Assembly: GCA_051546255.1 (NCBI GenBank) | Contig: CP128819.1 | Span: forward strand, 682,001 to 746,000 | From: Meyerozyma guilliermondii | Lineage: Eukaryota | Length of the DNA: 64,000 bases | Reading direction: 5' to 3' | In this document: piece by piece, positions 22,301 to 32,372 of the stretch | Position numbering within the stretch: the first letter of the stretch is position 1 | How the letters are laid out: the number at the start of each line of letters is the position of its first letter | Program-made: the position numbers and the translations under genes | Notes under the pieces: model-generated | Database searches by the model: none | The model's input: the letters and a program-made list of their open reading frames with translations, nothing else | Told to the model about the DNA's origin: nothing

Positions 22301-22613
22301 GAGCTCTGTTTTGAGTGATCTTCGAAGAAACAAGAAGGCTACGAGAGAAGCAGTATTTTCCAAGAAACCGGAAAAGCTGCAAAATAATTCTGTCGATAAG
22401 CTGCAACTCATGCTGCAAGTGGTTGATTATTTGCAGTCACAAAAAAACCATTTTAGTACGTCTGCCGGTATACTCCAGGGACTCAAAATCCAGGAAACGA
22501 ACGACCAGGAAGTGATTCTTTTGCGCTCACTTTTAAAAGAAGCAGCTACTTGGGATCGAGAAAATAAAGGTTGGATATTAAAATCGGAATATGTTAATAA
22601 TGATGCTGCATGA
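19326..22613 (+). CDS. RAD26: Swi2/Snf2 ATPase for transcription-coupled repair (Rad26/CSB)
   Basis: GDEMGLGKT, LDEGHKIRNP, SGTPIQN, WNPSTDIQARERAWRLGQ, GYANASNVQVQTGYKCA and GTPTWTGKFG. An alternative ATG lies at 19260. Confidence 0.93.
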   Translation: MEDIEGQLRVVKQDDLESKITSQANKALLEKDAELEEKRLEKTSQNLTKTLKKIKVIESRLEDPRTKLSQRKQLRDELEWFTKNELDPLNRDLQDIKARLEQIKQQQKKPTNPQDDGKGVERLENETEREFLTRTGKITAFGNQSGFQEVDENEQKSHIFLRAPGFAPSDPSRKEAKVEEDVVENLRGFEATGDDVTQPKSNESEDEYTPDAAELDLDEEESMEHDSEDDEVRDIRNMDDGDEQFYQKRLAEWCKKRSSLRKDLAKTTTEEWHMPHPTVSDAVLNSQFRLPGDIYPSLFQYQRTCVQWLWELYLQKTGGIIGDEMGLGKTIQVVSFIAGLHYSGLLDKPVIVVVPATVMMQWVNEFHTWWPPLRCAILHSIGSGMSKSALTSEEKIENMMANDDFDLNEDKFLAQQKGLSNAKNIVDRVVSKGHVLITTYVGLRVYSKYILPHQWGYAVLDEGHKIRNPNSHITLTCKQLKTHNRIILSGTPIQNNLIELWSLFDFVFPGRLGTLPVFEQQFSIPINMGGYANASNVQVQTGYKCAVVLRDLISPYLLRRLKSDVAQDLPKKEEMVLFVKLTQYQQDMYEKFLSSEDLHAILKGKRNMLTGVDTLRKICNHPDLVDRELLLRKKGYNYGIPNKSGKMLVLKGLLQLWQSQGHRTLLFCQTKQMLDILEKLLVNLTRISDGTEYFNYMRMDGSTPISKRQGLVDMFNNNTNYDVFLLTTKVGGLGVNLTGADRVIIYDPDWNPSTDIQARERAWRLGQKRDIVIYRLMTAGTIEEKIYHRQIFKTFLTNKILKDPKQRRFFKVNDLHDLFTLGDPEEKGTETGDMFNGSEINYSGSRERKPTNLKNTNKNDDDFYSVAKLNGVSKLDKFQGGDEDEDARPDEDRIMEGLFSNDNIHSTVKHDSIIDSSNQEISIIEKEANKLAAEAAEALKNSRKQTRKNTIGTPTWTGKFGLAGRFGVQKPKRTNVAPFRIPRKSENSELSSSSVLSDLRRNKKATREAVFSKKPEKLQNNSVDKLQLMLQVVDYLQSQKNHFSTSAGILQGLKIQETNDQEVILLRSLLKEAATWDRENKGWILKSEYVNNDAA

Positions 22614-22691
22614 TTACACTACCGCTTATATAACACACATTATCATAATTAACTTTGCATCAAATTAACGAGACGCAATTTGTAACCTTGC

Positions 22692-23540
22692 ATGCTTTGC
22701 ATAAGACGTTCGTTGAGCCGCTTCGTTGACAGCTGCCCGCGTCCACGATACGATACTGGATGTACGTACTGCGAGATTCCCAAATTTCCTGCCGATAAAC
22801 AAATTGATTTCGATCGTAATTTGAATGGAACCCAACCGGAAACTTGGAAACATTTACTCATTCTTAGTCATGGTTATCCATCAATGGAGGCAATGCCTCC
22901 ACGTATAGAATTAACTCCTGCAACTCTTTCTTCCGAGATCAATGCAGTTAAGCGCCAAATGCTTTCGCCTATGCATCCTGTTGCTGTATCAAATGTGGTG
23001 GTTAATAATCATACATTACCAAATAAGCCGCTTGGCCCACAGGAGCATTTCGTGTACTTGTACCCAGACAGGAAGTCAATTCGTTTTGAGGCAAAAGATT
23101 TGGCAACATTCATTGCTAGATACTTGGTTCCGGAGGAAAAACCAGAGGTGTATAATCCTTTTAAACAAGAAGTTGAAAAAACTCAAAGAATCCAACAATC
23201 ATCGATAGAATTTGAGGAACAAGATATTACCGACGAATTGGTGTTGATATGTGGTCATGGACTGCGGGATGTACGATGCGGAGTAATGGGACCCTTATTG
23301 CAGCGAGAATTCGACCAGGTACTTACGCAGGAGAATATGCTGCTGCATGTCAAAACCGGGCAGATAACGCATGTAGGAGGACATGCATACGCAGGAAACG
23401 TTGTATATTTTCCGCGTAAAGGTGAAAGTGTTTGGTATGGGCGGGTGTTCCCTGAGGATGTTCAGGGTATAGTTGACACAACTATCAAACAAGGCGTGAT
23501 TATCCGTGACAAGTATCGCGGGTATGTAAATGGTGCATAG
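22692..23540 (+). CDS. AIM32: Thioredoxin-like [2Fe-2S] ferredoxin (Aim32/Apd1 family), probably mitochondrial Aim32
   Basis: C-X8-C (CGHGsRDVRC), HVGGH, WYGRV and an Arg-rich presequence-like N terminus. Confidence 0.8.
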   Translation: MLCIRRSLSRFVDSCPRPRYDTGCTYCEIPKFPADKQIDFDRNLNGTQPETWKHLLILSHGYPSMEAMPPRIELTPATLSSEINAVKRQMLSPMHPVAVSNVVVNNHTLPNKPLGPQEHFVYLYPDRKSIRFEAKDLATFIARYLVPEEKPEVYNPFKQEVEKTQRIQQSSIEFEEQDITDELVLICGHGLRDVRCGVMGPLLQREFDQVLTQENMLLHVKTGQITHVGGHAYAGNVVYFPRKGESVWYGRVFPEDVQGIVDTTIKQGVIIRDKYRGYVNGA

Positions 23541-24653
23541 AGAATAAACTGTAAAGTTGTGTATGTAATGTATAACCCGTATTCATGCAGAAGAATCAAT
23601 CAGCCGATCCGACGCAATGTCATGCTATGCATCATTTGCAAATAGATGTTTACCGCAGTGACGAATGCAGTGGAAAGTGCAGCAAAAATTTCGATGCTTA
23701 CGAACTTGCAGCAATTGACGCATAAATTGCATAGGTTCGGGAAACCTCGAACGCCCCCGTTGTCATGAGCCAATCATATGGAGTCATGCAAATTAAATTA
23801 TGCAGTCACATAATGTATGAGTCGGCCCTAAAGGAGATGCGCCGAACGATTATTTCGCGGGACGACCGAGTCCCCCCGCAGCAGCTGTGCCGCGCAAAAA
23901 CATCCGGAAAATACAGGTGCGTCGACGCACGAACGAAAAATAGACAAAATGACTTTTCAAAGGAGGAGAAAAGTTGCCAGAAATTTTGTCATCAAAGTTG
24001 AGAGAGTGGTGCCAAGTTTATGTTACGTGGTCACCGATTTGAGCGAACGTAGTGACAAAATCAAATTTTCCCGGACATGCATCCCCTTATGGGCCAGTAG
24101 CCGCACAGCATGCAAAACCCGGGAAAAATACCGCTGCAGCTGATTGTGCGCCCGCGACTGCCGGAAAGGGCAACACCACCGCAATTTTACTACCAATTAG
24201 CGAGTGCCCAGGTGCGTAAACTATATGCATCTGACAACCAAACTTCCGCGCAGAATCTGAAGTTGACACGGCGGCGCTGACAATGCACGAGCTCCCACAT
24301 AACGCATACGTCCGCATCTGGCACCAGATCTTGACGCTTGAGCCACTGCTGCAAACGGTGACGGTGCGTCATGACAGCCAGGTTTTGACGCAATGTCCAC
24401 GCTGTTGAATGGTACATCTGAAGCATGGTCTGGCCCGGTGCCAGGACCGGTATCCAACCGAGGGGACGCACCCCCGGTATGGCGCCGGATTAGAGGGGTG
24501 TGGTGCGCGCACGACGGCTGGCAGTTCGAAAAAAAAAAACCAAAAAAAAATAAAACTCGATTAGATCATTCACTACGTAGCCTACGTTCAAGTTTTGTGG
24601 TTAGTTTTTTTTAAAAACCACAAAGAATTTCTCGCATTTTTAACCTTGGTTCT

Positions 24654-26229
24654 ATGTCCAATCCCAACCATCTGACGGTCGACTACCGGTCGTCTACCTA
24701 TCCCCTGCAGTCGATGCATCCTCAAGGTTCTCAGCCCCTGTATCCTCAGGGCTATTACCCAGACCAGTATCAACAATATCAACAACTTCTCAACGGCAAC
24801 ACCCAGCAACCGTACAACTCCTACTACATGTTCGGTCAGGCTCAGCCCCAGCAAGCAGGTCAGCAACTGCAACTGGGACAGCCGCAAAGTCAAAATCAAC
24901 AAAGTCAACAAACCCACCAAGGCCAACAAAGTCAGCCAGGTCAAGGTCTGGACGCCACATACGCGTACGGCCGGTACCACAACAGCTACGGTCTCCCGCC
25001 CGGGGGTTACGCGTCGTACCAAACGGTGCCGCAGGCAGGCGGAAGCGCAATGGGAGCGCAACAGCAGCAGCTGCAGCAGCAGCAGAGTGGAGGAAGCAGC
25101 ACTTTGACGCAACAACAACAACAGCAGCAGCAGCAGCATCAGCAACAACAACAACAGGGAACCAGTGCGTTGTCACAGCCGCAGCCGCAGCATTTCGTGC
25201 AGATGTCAGGGCTGGCAACCTCCTCCAACAGCACACCGCTTCTGCTGGACACCTTGAATGCTACCACCAACTCGTCGGTGGGCCAGTACCAGCCACCTGG
25301 AATCCGACCCCGGGTCACCACCACCATGTGGGAAGACGAGAAAACGTTGTGTTATCAAGTGGATGCCAACAATGTGTCGGTTGTGCGCCGAGCTGACAAC
25401 AACATGATCAACGGAACCAAATTGTTGAATGTAGCGCAGATGACTCGTGGTCGCCGTGATGGCATTCTCAAGTCGGAAAAGGTGCGTCATGTCGTCAAGA
25501 TTGGTTCTATGCACCTCAAGGGTGTATGGATTCCATTTGACCGTGCCCTTGCTATGGCCCAGCGCGAAGGTATAGTGGATCTTCTCTATCCATTGTTTGT
25601 GCGCGACATCAAACGAGTCATTTTGACCGGTGTCACTCCATCGTCGTCCGCCACGGCGTCATCCGCTGCTAATGCTTCTTCGTCTGTTGCGTCTACTGCC
25701 GCTACCGCCGCTACACCTTCGTCTGCAGTGGCTGCGAAAACTGCAGCTTCTCAAACCCCTGCAACTGCCCTGGCGTCTACTGCAGCACCGGGCCACACAG
25801 CAGCTTCTGGCCTCTCCTACGGCAACTACTACCTGGGCTACTCTCAATATCTCGCAAGCCAACGGATCGGGATTGAACCAATCGCCGCAACAAGCGTCGG
25901 GAGATTCGGCGCAAACCGCCGGCTCTGGCCAACAGCAACTGCAGGTATACTCTTACCAACAACCATACTATACTAACCAGTACTATCCTCCCTACAATCC
26001 AACCAGTGGCTACTCGTCGTATGGATCGCAGCCAATGTACTCGGCAGCATATGGCTACCAGCAGATGCAGCAACCTATCCAGGGCCACCAACATTCGCAT
26101 CATCTGACAGCGCATTCTGATGCAACTTCGGGCGGTCAACCATCCGCTTCTGCTACGTCGAATGATGCTGATAGAGCCCTGACATCTGCAACCACCAGTG
26201 GCGTCGATAAGAAAGACGACAAGGAATGA
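24654..26229 (+). CDS. EFG1: APSES transcription factor Efg1/Sok2/Phd1, interrupted by an apparent +1 frameshift at about 25851
   Basis: APSES domain [19 protein letters not shown]...[25 protein letters not shown]...HLKGVWIPF with poly-Q and Q/Y-rich flanks. The Q/Y-rich C terminus continues in a different frame to the stop at 26229. Confidence 0.9.
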
Positions 26230-26677
26230 CTGCTACCATAAATAATTTGCATTGTATATTAGTGCTGGCTGATTGTATTATAAAGCTTGTTGTATTGGCT
26301 AAACTTGCAACTTGTTAAAAGCGTGGTAGAAACGTTAACAATGCTAATGATAAAAAGATATAGCAAGAATATAATTGAAAACCCAATTCCCAAGTGCAAC
26401 TATACACGCCCGTTATTTGCATGTTCCATGCATTTGTAAATGTAGGTGTTTAAAAATATGTGAGAAGGTTGCATGATTATTACATTGCATTGCGCGCGTT
26501 ATGCAAGATCGATCCAGAATTGGCAACAAAGGCGACTAATTACGAAAAGTTTACCTATGAAGTTATATTCATGAAGTATCGTAGAACAAGCTATATCCAT
26601 AAGCTATAAAATAAGTTATATGCATATCTAGACCTCAAGCTGCTTCATCTTCTTGTGAAGTTCCTGCGTCAAATCCA

Positions 26678-27259
26678 TCAGTCGTCCTTGCTGATATGTG
26701 TGTCGGGCGTCTGCAGATCGTATGCACGCTGCAACCCGTCAATCTGAAGCTTGAGTGCCTTAATATCCACATCCTTTTTGCGTATGAGTTCCTTGTACTT
26801 TTCAGCTTCTTCATCGGAGGTAGCCTTACTATTGAGAACCCGCAATTGTGTTTCTTTTGCCACCAACTTTTCAACTATACCTACTACAACCCAAATGGCA
26901 AGTTCCAAGTACAAAACTGCACCTGTCAAATAGAGGTTGCGTTGTGCATAGAATTTTGAGGCCAACTGTCCTGAAGTGAGAGACCCGGCGATTTGTTGGT
27001 TGGTAGTGGAAAAACTGCCAAAGTATGGATTCCCCAATTCCAGAAACTTCTTCAAACGGTTGATGCAATCCATAAACTGCATTCCAAGAAGGATCGTGGT
27101 AAAGATTACTCCGATTTTAAAATTGTTCAGAGTTCGTAAAACTTCAATGGCATGCATCATACGTACACGCACAGGATGCGGGATGGGACATACGAGTGAA
27201 AATAATGTGATCATTTCACCGCACAAGGCGGCAAAAATTAGCGACATTTGAAGACTCAT
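26678..27259 (-). CDS. BAP31/Yet family ER membrane protein
   Basis: Three TM segments, the KFYAQRNLYLTGAVL motif and a C-terminal coiled coil. Confidence 0.88.
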   Translation of the reverse strand: MSLQMSLIFAALCGEMITLFSLVCPIPHPVRVRMMHAIEVLRTLNNFKIGVIFTTILLGMQFMDCINRLKKFLELGNPYFGSFSTTNQQIAGSLTSGQLASKFYAQRNLYLTGAVLYLELAIWVVVGIVEKLVAKETQLRVLNSKATSDEEAEKYKELIRKKDVDIKALKLQIDGLQRAYDLQTPDTHISKDD

Positions 27260-27529
27260 ATTGAAGTTGGTTGAAACAAGTTACCTGGCATTGCGACTTA
27301 CATCACGGCGCGAGCTTGGCTGCCGCCACATGCAGTACCTGTCACAATATGCCGACCGAGGGGGCACGGCCTAACTGTGGAGAAAACGCCTGTACGTGAC
27401 GTCTGCACTATGCATCATGTCATGTCATGCACTGCACGGGTAAAAAAAAGGGAAAATGCATTTCCAGTAAATAAGATCTATGCAATATGCAATAGAACAT
27501 TATAATAATTTCGGATTAATTAAAATTAA

Positions 27530-30163
27530 CTATAACCCAGTAACTCTTTTTGCGTATTGATAAGCGCAAAGACTGAATATCACCATTCCTCCAATAATCG
27601 ACCAAAACCATAATAAACCATCGTAATCTTGTCCTGGAACAAGACAATTCATACCCCAAAGTCCAGTGACCACATTAATTGGCAATACTATTGTACCCAA
27701 AATGGTTATCTTTCCCAACACATCATTGGTATCATTATTGACTTTTGTCATATCGATATTGATTTGTGCAAGATAATTCGAATGGAATCGAGCCAAAAGC
27801 TTTTCATAATGATTCAATGATTGCACCATGGTTACTATATGGTCCAGAATGTCTCCAAGGTACAACGAAAGTTCGCTTCGGCCAGCCAACGAAGTTTCAC
27901 TTTGATCGTTCAATCTCTTGTTGAAACCCTTGATAACGTCTGCCTTCAGTCCTAACAAACGAAGCACAGACATTACTCTTTTCCGACACTCTCCAATTCG
28001 TCTCAACATATCTCCCTTTCTCTTCCATCCAATGATCTTGGAAGCTGTAGATTTTGAACTGGAAGACAGACTCTTGGATCTGCTCGAAGACCCCAGTTGA
28101 GGTGCTCGTCCCTTATTGAACATGCCCACATTTCCCTGTGCTTCAACCACAGATTTGGACCGAGTTCGACGGTAGAAAATATTATTATCTTTATGATGCT
28201 GTCTCTGCGGTTGTTCCTGAAAATGACGATTTTCTTCGTCATCATCGTCCAGATCGCTGTCGTCGGTATCTGTGTCACCCGAGTGCATTTTCAAAATAGC
28301 GTCTTCGATCGAATTGACCTCGGTTTCTATGCTTTCTATCATCGGTGCAAACGAGTCGGTGATATCGTCGATCAACGCATAACAGATCCAGTCTGACGAA
28401 ACGGTGAGGAAATCTCGAAGAAGTCGAGCACGCCGTCTCACATTGATAGGGTGCGGAGTGGGCGAGAAATGGAAAGTGATCACAGCTTCACGGAAAACAA
28501 TCATGTACATGTTAAGCGGTTGGAGTTCACCTTCACGGATGCGTTTGGACTTGGAACGATGACTGGTGGTTTGAGTGGTTGGGTGAGCGTGAGAATAGCG
28601 ACGATCCTGAGACCGGAAAAACCGTCTCATCCGCTTCCACAAGCCGTCTTGGTTCTCGCTTTCAAGTTCCTGAAGCTTGTTGAGTTTCTTCTCCTGCTCC
28701 TTTTTCCGCTGCTGGCGCCGCTCGTACACAATGTCAAACGACGTAAAACATACAAAGTAGTACTGCTTGAAAAGCTCTACTTTTTCGCGAGCTTCGCCAA
28801 GAAAGATATCTTCGGTCGTCAAAGGATGGATACCAAAAGTCTTGGAAAGAACCTTCATTTCCTCTTCTGTAGGATCGAGCACATCGAGCCAGTATGGTGT
28901 AACGTCGTTGTCAAGAATGCTGGGTTGAGCTGACAATTTTTGAGTGGATGGAGTCATCCGTACCTGATTAGCCATCAAATTTTCTCCCAGAACCGACGGC
29001 GGATGAGTTCCCTGTTGGCTAGAACCTCCTGCAATTGAAGGAGCCGCTGAAGTGCGTTCGGCTCGAAACGGAGCAAACAAGTCCTGGATGGTGAGCAGCA
29101 GTTCTTTCATTGGTGCCGCATCTTCGTCAACACTTCTCCACTTTTTGGTCAATTTAGAAGCCTTCTGCGATGGTCTCGAGTTGGCGCCAACAAGGCCACT
29201 GAGAGTGGGTGAGTGGATGGTGGAATCAAGATCTTCACGAAAATACGTGAATCTACAAAGTTTGTCACGGCGGTTCTTTGGACCATGGTCTGCGGGATTC
29301 CAAATCGTGGGTATTTTCTCTTTGGATTTTTCCCACGGCTGGATCGGCGTGGGGCGGACCCGGAACGAGTCGTTTAGCAGCTCTAACGACTCGATTTCGT
29401 TGACATGAGTTGCCAAAAGCGGCGTGTTCTCGTCGCCCGGTGAGGTTACGCCGGGGGAAACTGTACCGGGGGAAATTGCGCCGTTTCTGGGCGAAGCATT
29501 GTCGTTTCTGGAAAAGTTGCTATCATTTCTCGGCGAAAGTTGGCTTTTGTCCACCCTTCGGGCCACCGGGCTGCGGAAATTGACGTTTTGCGGCTCCGTG
29601 TCGTGGTCTGCGGCCAAGCTGGCCACCTCCTGCTCCACAAACTCCTCGAGCACGTCGAGATCCGGCCATGCTTGTTTTGTCGATTTTCCGTCGTCCTGGT
29701 CGTAGTAATCCGGAAAGCAAACGTCGTCTAGCGACGTCGAGTCGCTCGAATGGTCCGACGACGGGTTGGAGGCGCCGAACTCCAACGAATTGATCGACCG
29801 GTTGTCGCCAAACGGATCGTTCCATCCGCTTTCGATGGCCCAGTCGGCCTGCTGGCGTTGGTATTGGTCCATATCAAGCGAAACAGCTCCGGTTTCGCCA
29901 CCACTACGCGCTCCGTTCTCGGGCTCCTCGGGGGTGGAAGCTAGAAGCTGTTGAAGGTTTCGGTTTGTGAGTGGAAGACTGGCATGGTGACTGGAACCGG
30001 CACCCAGATGGGACCTGGAAAAGTGACGGTTGCGGGCCTCGTTCTTGTGTGAGCTTCGGCGCCTGGCACGCGCGGGAGACGCCTGGAGGTGGGCGAGATC
30101 ATCGTGGTTTCGGTGGTCGATGAACACGGGATTTGGTTCTGACTCCAGTCTTGGGGAGGACAT
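27530..30163 (-). CDS. MNR2: CorA/Alr1-family vacuolar Mg2+ transporter
   Basis: GLWGMN motif in the C-terminal TM pair. WLDVLDPTEEEMKVLSKTFGIHPLTTEDIFLGEAREKVELF matches recalled Mnr2 better than Alr1. Confidence 0.85.
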   Translation of the reverse strand: MSSPRLESEPNPVFIDHRNHDDLAHLQASPARARRRSSHKNEARNRHFSRSHLGAGSSHHASLPLTNRNLQQLLASTPEEPENGARSGGETGAVSLDMDQYQRQQADWAIESGWNDPFGDNRSINSLEFGASNPSSDHSSDSTSLDDVCFPDYYDQDDGKSTKQAWPDLDVLEEFVEQEVASLAADHDTEPQNVNFRSPVARRVDKSQLSPRNDSNFSRNDNASPRNGAISPGTVSPGVTSPGDENTPLLATHVNEIESLELLNDSFRVRPTPIQPWEKSKEKIPTIWNPADHGPKNRRDKLCRFTYFREDLDSTIHSPTLSGLVGANSRPSQKASKLTKKWRSVDEDAAPMKELLLTIQDLFAPFRAERTSAAPSIAGGSSQQGTHPPSVLGENLMANQVRMTPSTQKLSAQPSILDNDVTPYWLDVLDPTEEEMKVLSKTFGIHPLTTEDIFLGEAREKVELFKQYYFVCFTSFDIVYERRQQRKKEQEKKLNKLQELESENQDGLWKRMRRFFRSQDRRYSHAHPTTQTTSHRSKSKRIREGELQPLNMYMIVFREAVITFHFSPTPHPINVRRRARLLRDFLTVSSDWICYALIDDITDSFAPMIESIETEVNSIEDAILKMHSGDTDTDDSDLDDDDEENRHFQEQPQRQHHKDNNIFYRRTRSKSVVEAQGNVGMFNKGRAPQLGSSSRSKSLSSSSKSTASKIIGWKRKGDMLRRIGECRKRVMSVLRLLGLKADVIKGFNKRLNDQSETSLAGRSELSLYLGDILDHIVTMVQSLNHYEKLLARFHSNYLAQINIDMTKVNNDTNDVLGKITILGTIVLPINVVTGLWGMNCLVPGQDYDGLLWFWSIIGGMVIFSLCAYQYAKRVTGL

Positions 30164-30470
30164 AAAACAGATAATAAAGTTAGGAAGCAGTCAGGAAGGG
30201 GTTGTTAATAAATGGAGTAGATTAGTGGATTAGTGGGTGGATAGTGAGTGGGACTAGTCGATACTAGTAAATTAATGGAGTCTTTCCAGGTTACTCAGTT
30301 GTCTGAATATTTCAGTCCTGCGATTCTTGGTCGCACAAATGATTGCTCCGACGCGCACACGACATCAATGCCAAGCAGCAAGGGTAGGTAATGAAATTCA
30401 AATTCAGCTCAAGTTCAAAGAAACGGTATAATGAAACCAGTAGAGAATGAATGATAATGGATCAATTGCT

Positions 30471-30788
30471 CTAAGCCTCTTTCTGTGCAGGGCCGTCGTC
30501 TGTGCCTTCATCTGAGCCGGCTTGGTCGGTTTGGTCGGCTTTGGCTTTTTCGCGCTTTTGGCCCAACTGCGCGAGAGCGTCGTTAATTTCGTCTTTGCGG
30601 GCCAAAAGTTGGCGCCAAACGTCCTCGGTGAGCGAAATGCCTTTTTTGCCTGGTTTGAGTTCTTTTGTAGTTTTGTCTTCGTAGTATTCGCGTATGTCAA
30701 CGAGATTGACGCCGTTGAACTTGCGCACGGCCACGCGTTTCTTGGCGTCGAGATCGAACACGGAGTCGTCGGAGGATTTTCTTTTCAT
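30471..30788 (-). CDS. SUB1: PC4/Sub1 ssDNA-binding transcriptional coactivator
   Basis: KRVAVRKFNGVNLVDIREYY...PGKKGISLT is the PC4 domain. Confidence 0.9.
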   Translation of the reverse strand: MKRKSSDDSVFDLDAKKRVAVRKFNGVNLVDIREYYEDKTTKELKPGKKGISLTEDVWRQLLARKDEINDALAQLGQKREKAKADQTDQAGSDEGTDDGPAQKEA

Positions 30789-31095
30789 AATAAGAAATGA
30801 GAAACTGATTTAATGAAATCAGTGAGGATTGCGACTTAATGCGAATTGAATTAGTGAGAAAGTGAGACACTAGTGAAAGTAGTGAGGAAGTGACTAGTGA
30901 GAAAAATGAGAGCGACAAATTGTGCGAACCTGCATTAGCGAGGAAACAGGAAACAAAGATTGATTAGTGGAAGACTGAGATATGACAAGCCAGATAGTAT
31001 GAAACCAGTGCTTGAGACGTAAATAGACTAATTCGAATTGAAGGGAAATATAACTGGTGAGGATAATGAGTGGGAAAGATAATGGTCAAGAGATG

Positions 31096-31260
31096 TTAGT
31101 GAGAAACTAGTGACAAAATTAGCGAGAAAGGTAGTGAGAAATTAGTCAGAAAATTAGTGACAAAATTAGTGACAAAATTAGTGAGAACTTTTAGTGACAA
31201 AATCAGTGGGAAATTAGTGAGAAACTATTGAGAAAGTTAGTGACAAAATCAGTGAGAATA
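31096..31260. repeat. Degenerate 11-12 bp minisatellite (AAAATTAGTGAC / GAAATTAGTGA)
   Basis: More than 10 imperfect units between ARA2 and SUB1. Similar TAGTG words occur at 30850-30900 and 30215-30270. Confidence 0.8.
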
Positions 31261-31388
31261 CACTAGCAAGTCACTACGACCATGGTTTTGGTCTTACTTA
31301 CATTTTCGTAACTTCTATTCATCTTTCTATCTATCATCCAATACATATCTATAATCTCCACTTCAATCTCCTCGGCGCTGGCGCGCCG

Positions 31389-32372
31389 CTAATACTTCAC
31401 TCGGCCGCTATCCCACCTCTCGTTGAAATGCTTTCCAAACATGCGTTCCACCTCTCCATAAAGTTCCTCCTCCTCTTTGTTATCCACCTTTCTCTCCACC
31501 TCGCTGTAGTTCTCAAGTGCAAGCTCTAGCTCGTGCACATTGGAAACCCCCAAAACAACTGAACTGCGATTGTTGAGCTTGCCATTTACGTACAATGTCT
31601 TTCGCATGGCAAACCGAGTAGCGAGATCTGCCACCTCGATACCTTTTTCCTTAAGGTGTGCCGCCACCTGCTTGGCTTTTGCCTTGAGTGCTTCCAGTGC
31701 TGGGTGGAAATCGTGGGTGGACTGCGACCGAAGCAAAGACATGCTCAAAATGGACCCATTCATGAGTCTTTTTACACCACATTCGCTAAAAAATTTGTCC
31801 ACAACGTCAAAAAACCTGGTGTTCTGTAGACACCCATTCGAGTACAGAAGAATAGCATCCAAAGGTCCGATTTCTATATCGTTTTTGGCCGCCAATGCCA
31901 CCTCGTAAAGTAGCTCAATTGGGTACCCAGAAACGCCAATTGCACGAATTAAACCCTCATTATCTAGCATCCGCAACTCCTTGAGTGCCCCCATCACCTG
32001 GTCTACTTCAACAAACTCTATATCGTGCATGTAAACCAAATCGAGATACGTGGTTTGGAACCGTTGCAAAGATTGCATCACCGAAGCACGAACACGTTTT
32101 CTAGAATAGTCAAAGTCATTCGCTCCGTACCGGCCGGCCTTTGTACATATATAGTACGACTCTCGGGGCCATTTTTGCTTCAAAGCAGCCAAAGCAACAC
32201 CAAAGTACTCTTCCAGCGGGCCGTAATAAGGCGAACTATCGATGGCATTGAAGCCATTTTCAAAGGCCAAATCAAGTATAGAGGTGGTGGGGAGACTCAG
32301 GGGGTCCAGATTGTATATGTGGTTGAACACAGACCCGCCTATAATTAACGGTGGAAATTGTTCAACTGTCAT
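31389..32372 (-). CDS. ARA2: Aldo-keto reductase, NAD-dependent D-arabinose 1-dehydrogenase
   Basis: DSSPYYGPsE, YYICTKAGR, YLDLVYMHDIEFV and GVSGYP motifs. Confidence 0.85.
   Translation of the reverse strand: MTVEQFPPLIIGGSVFNHIYNLDPLSLPTTSILDLAFENGFNAIDSSPYYGPLEEYFGVALAALKQKWPRESYYICTKAGRYGANDFDYSRKRVRASVMQSLQRFQTTYLDLVYMHDIEFVEVDQVMGALKELRMLDNEGLIRAIGVSGYPIELLYEVALAAKNDIEIGPLDAILLYSNGCLQNTRFFDVVDKFFSECGVKRLMNGSILSMSLLRSQSTHDFHPALEALKAKAKQVAAHLKEKGIEVADLATRFAMRKTLYVNGKLNNRSSVVLGVSNVHELELALENYSEVERKVDNKEEEELYGEVERMFGKHFNERWDSGRVKY

Noticed and set aside
25630..26229. Independent 199-aa gene overlapping EFG1
   Set aside because: It starts at GTG, and only its part after ~25852 looks native. 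It is the frameshifted EFG1 C terminus.
26635..26700. Possible readthrough or alternative C terminus of the YET gene (ends SKDD, lacking a full KKXX)
   Set aside because: Another in-frame stop follows within three codons, and there is no evidence for a frameshift.
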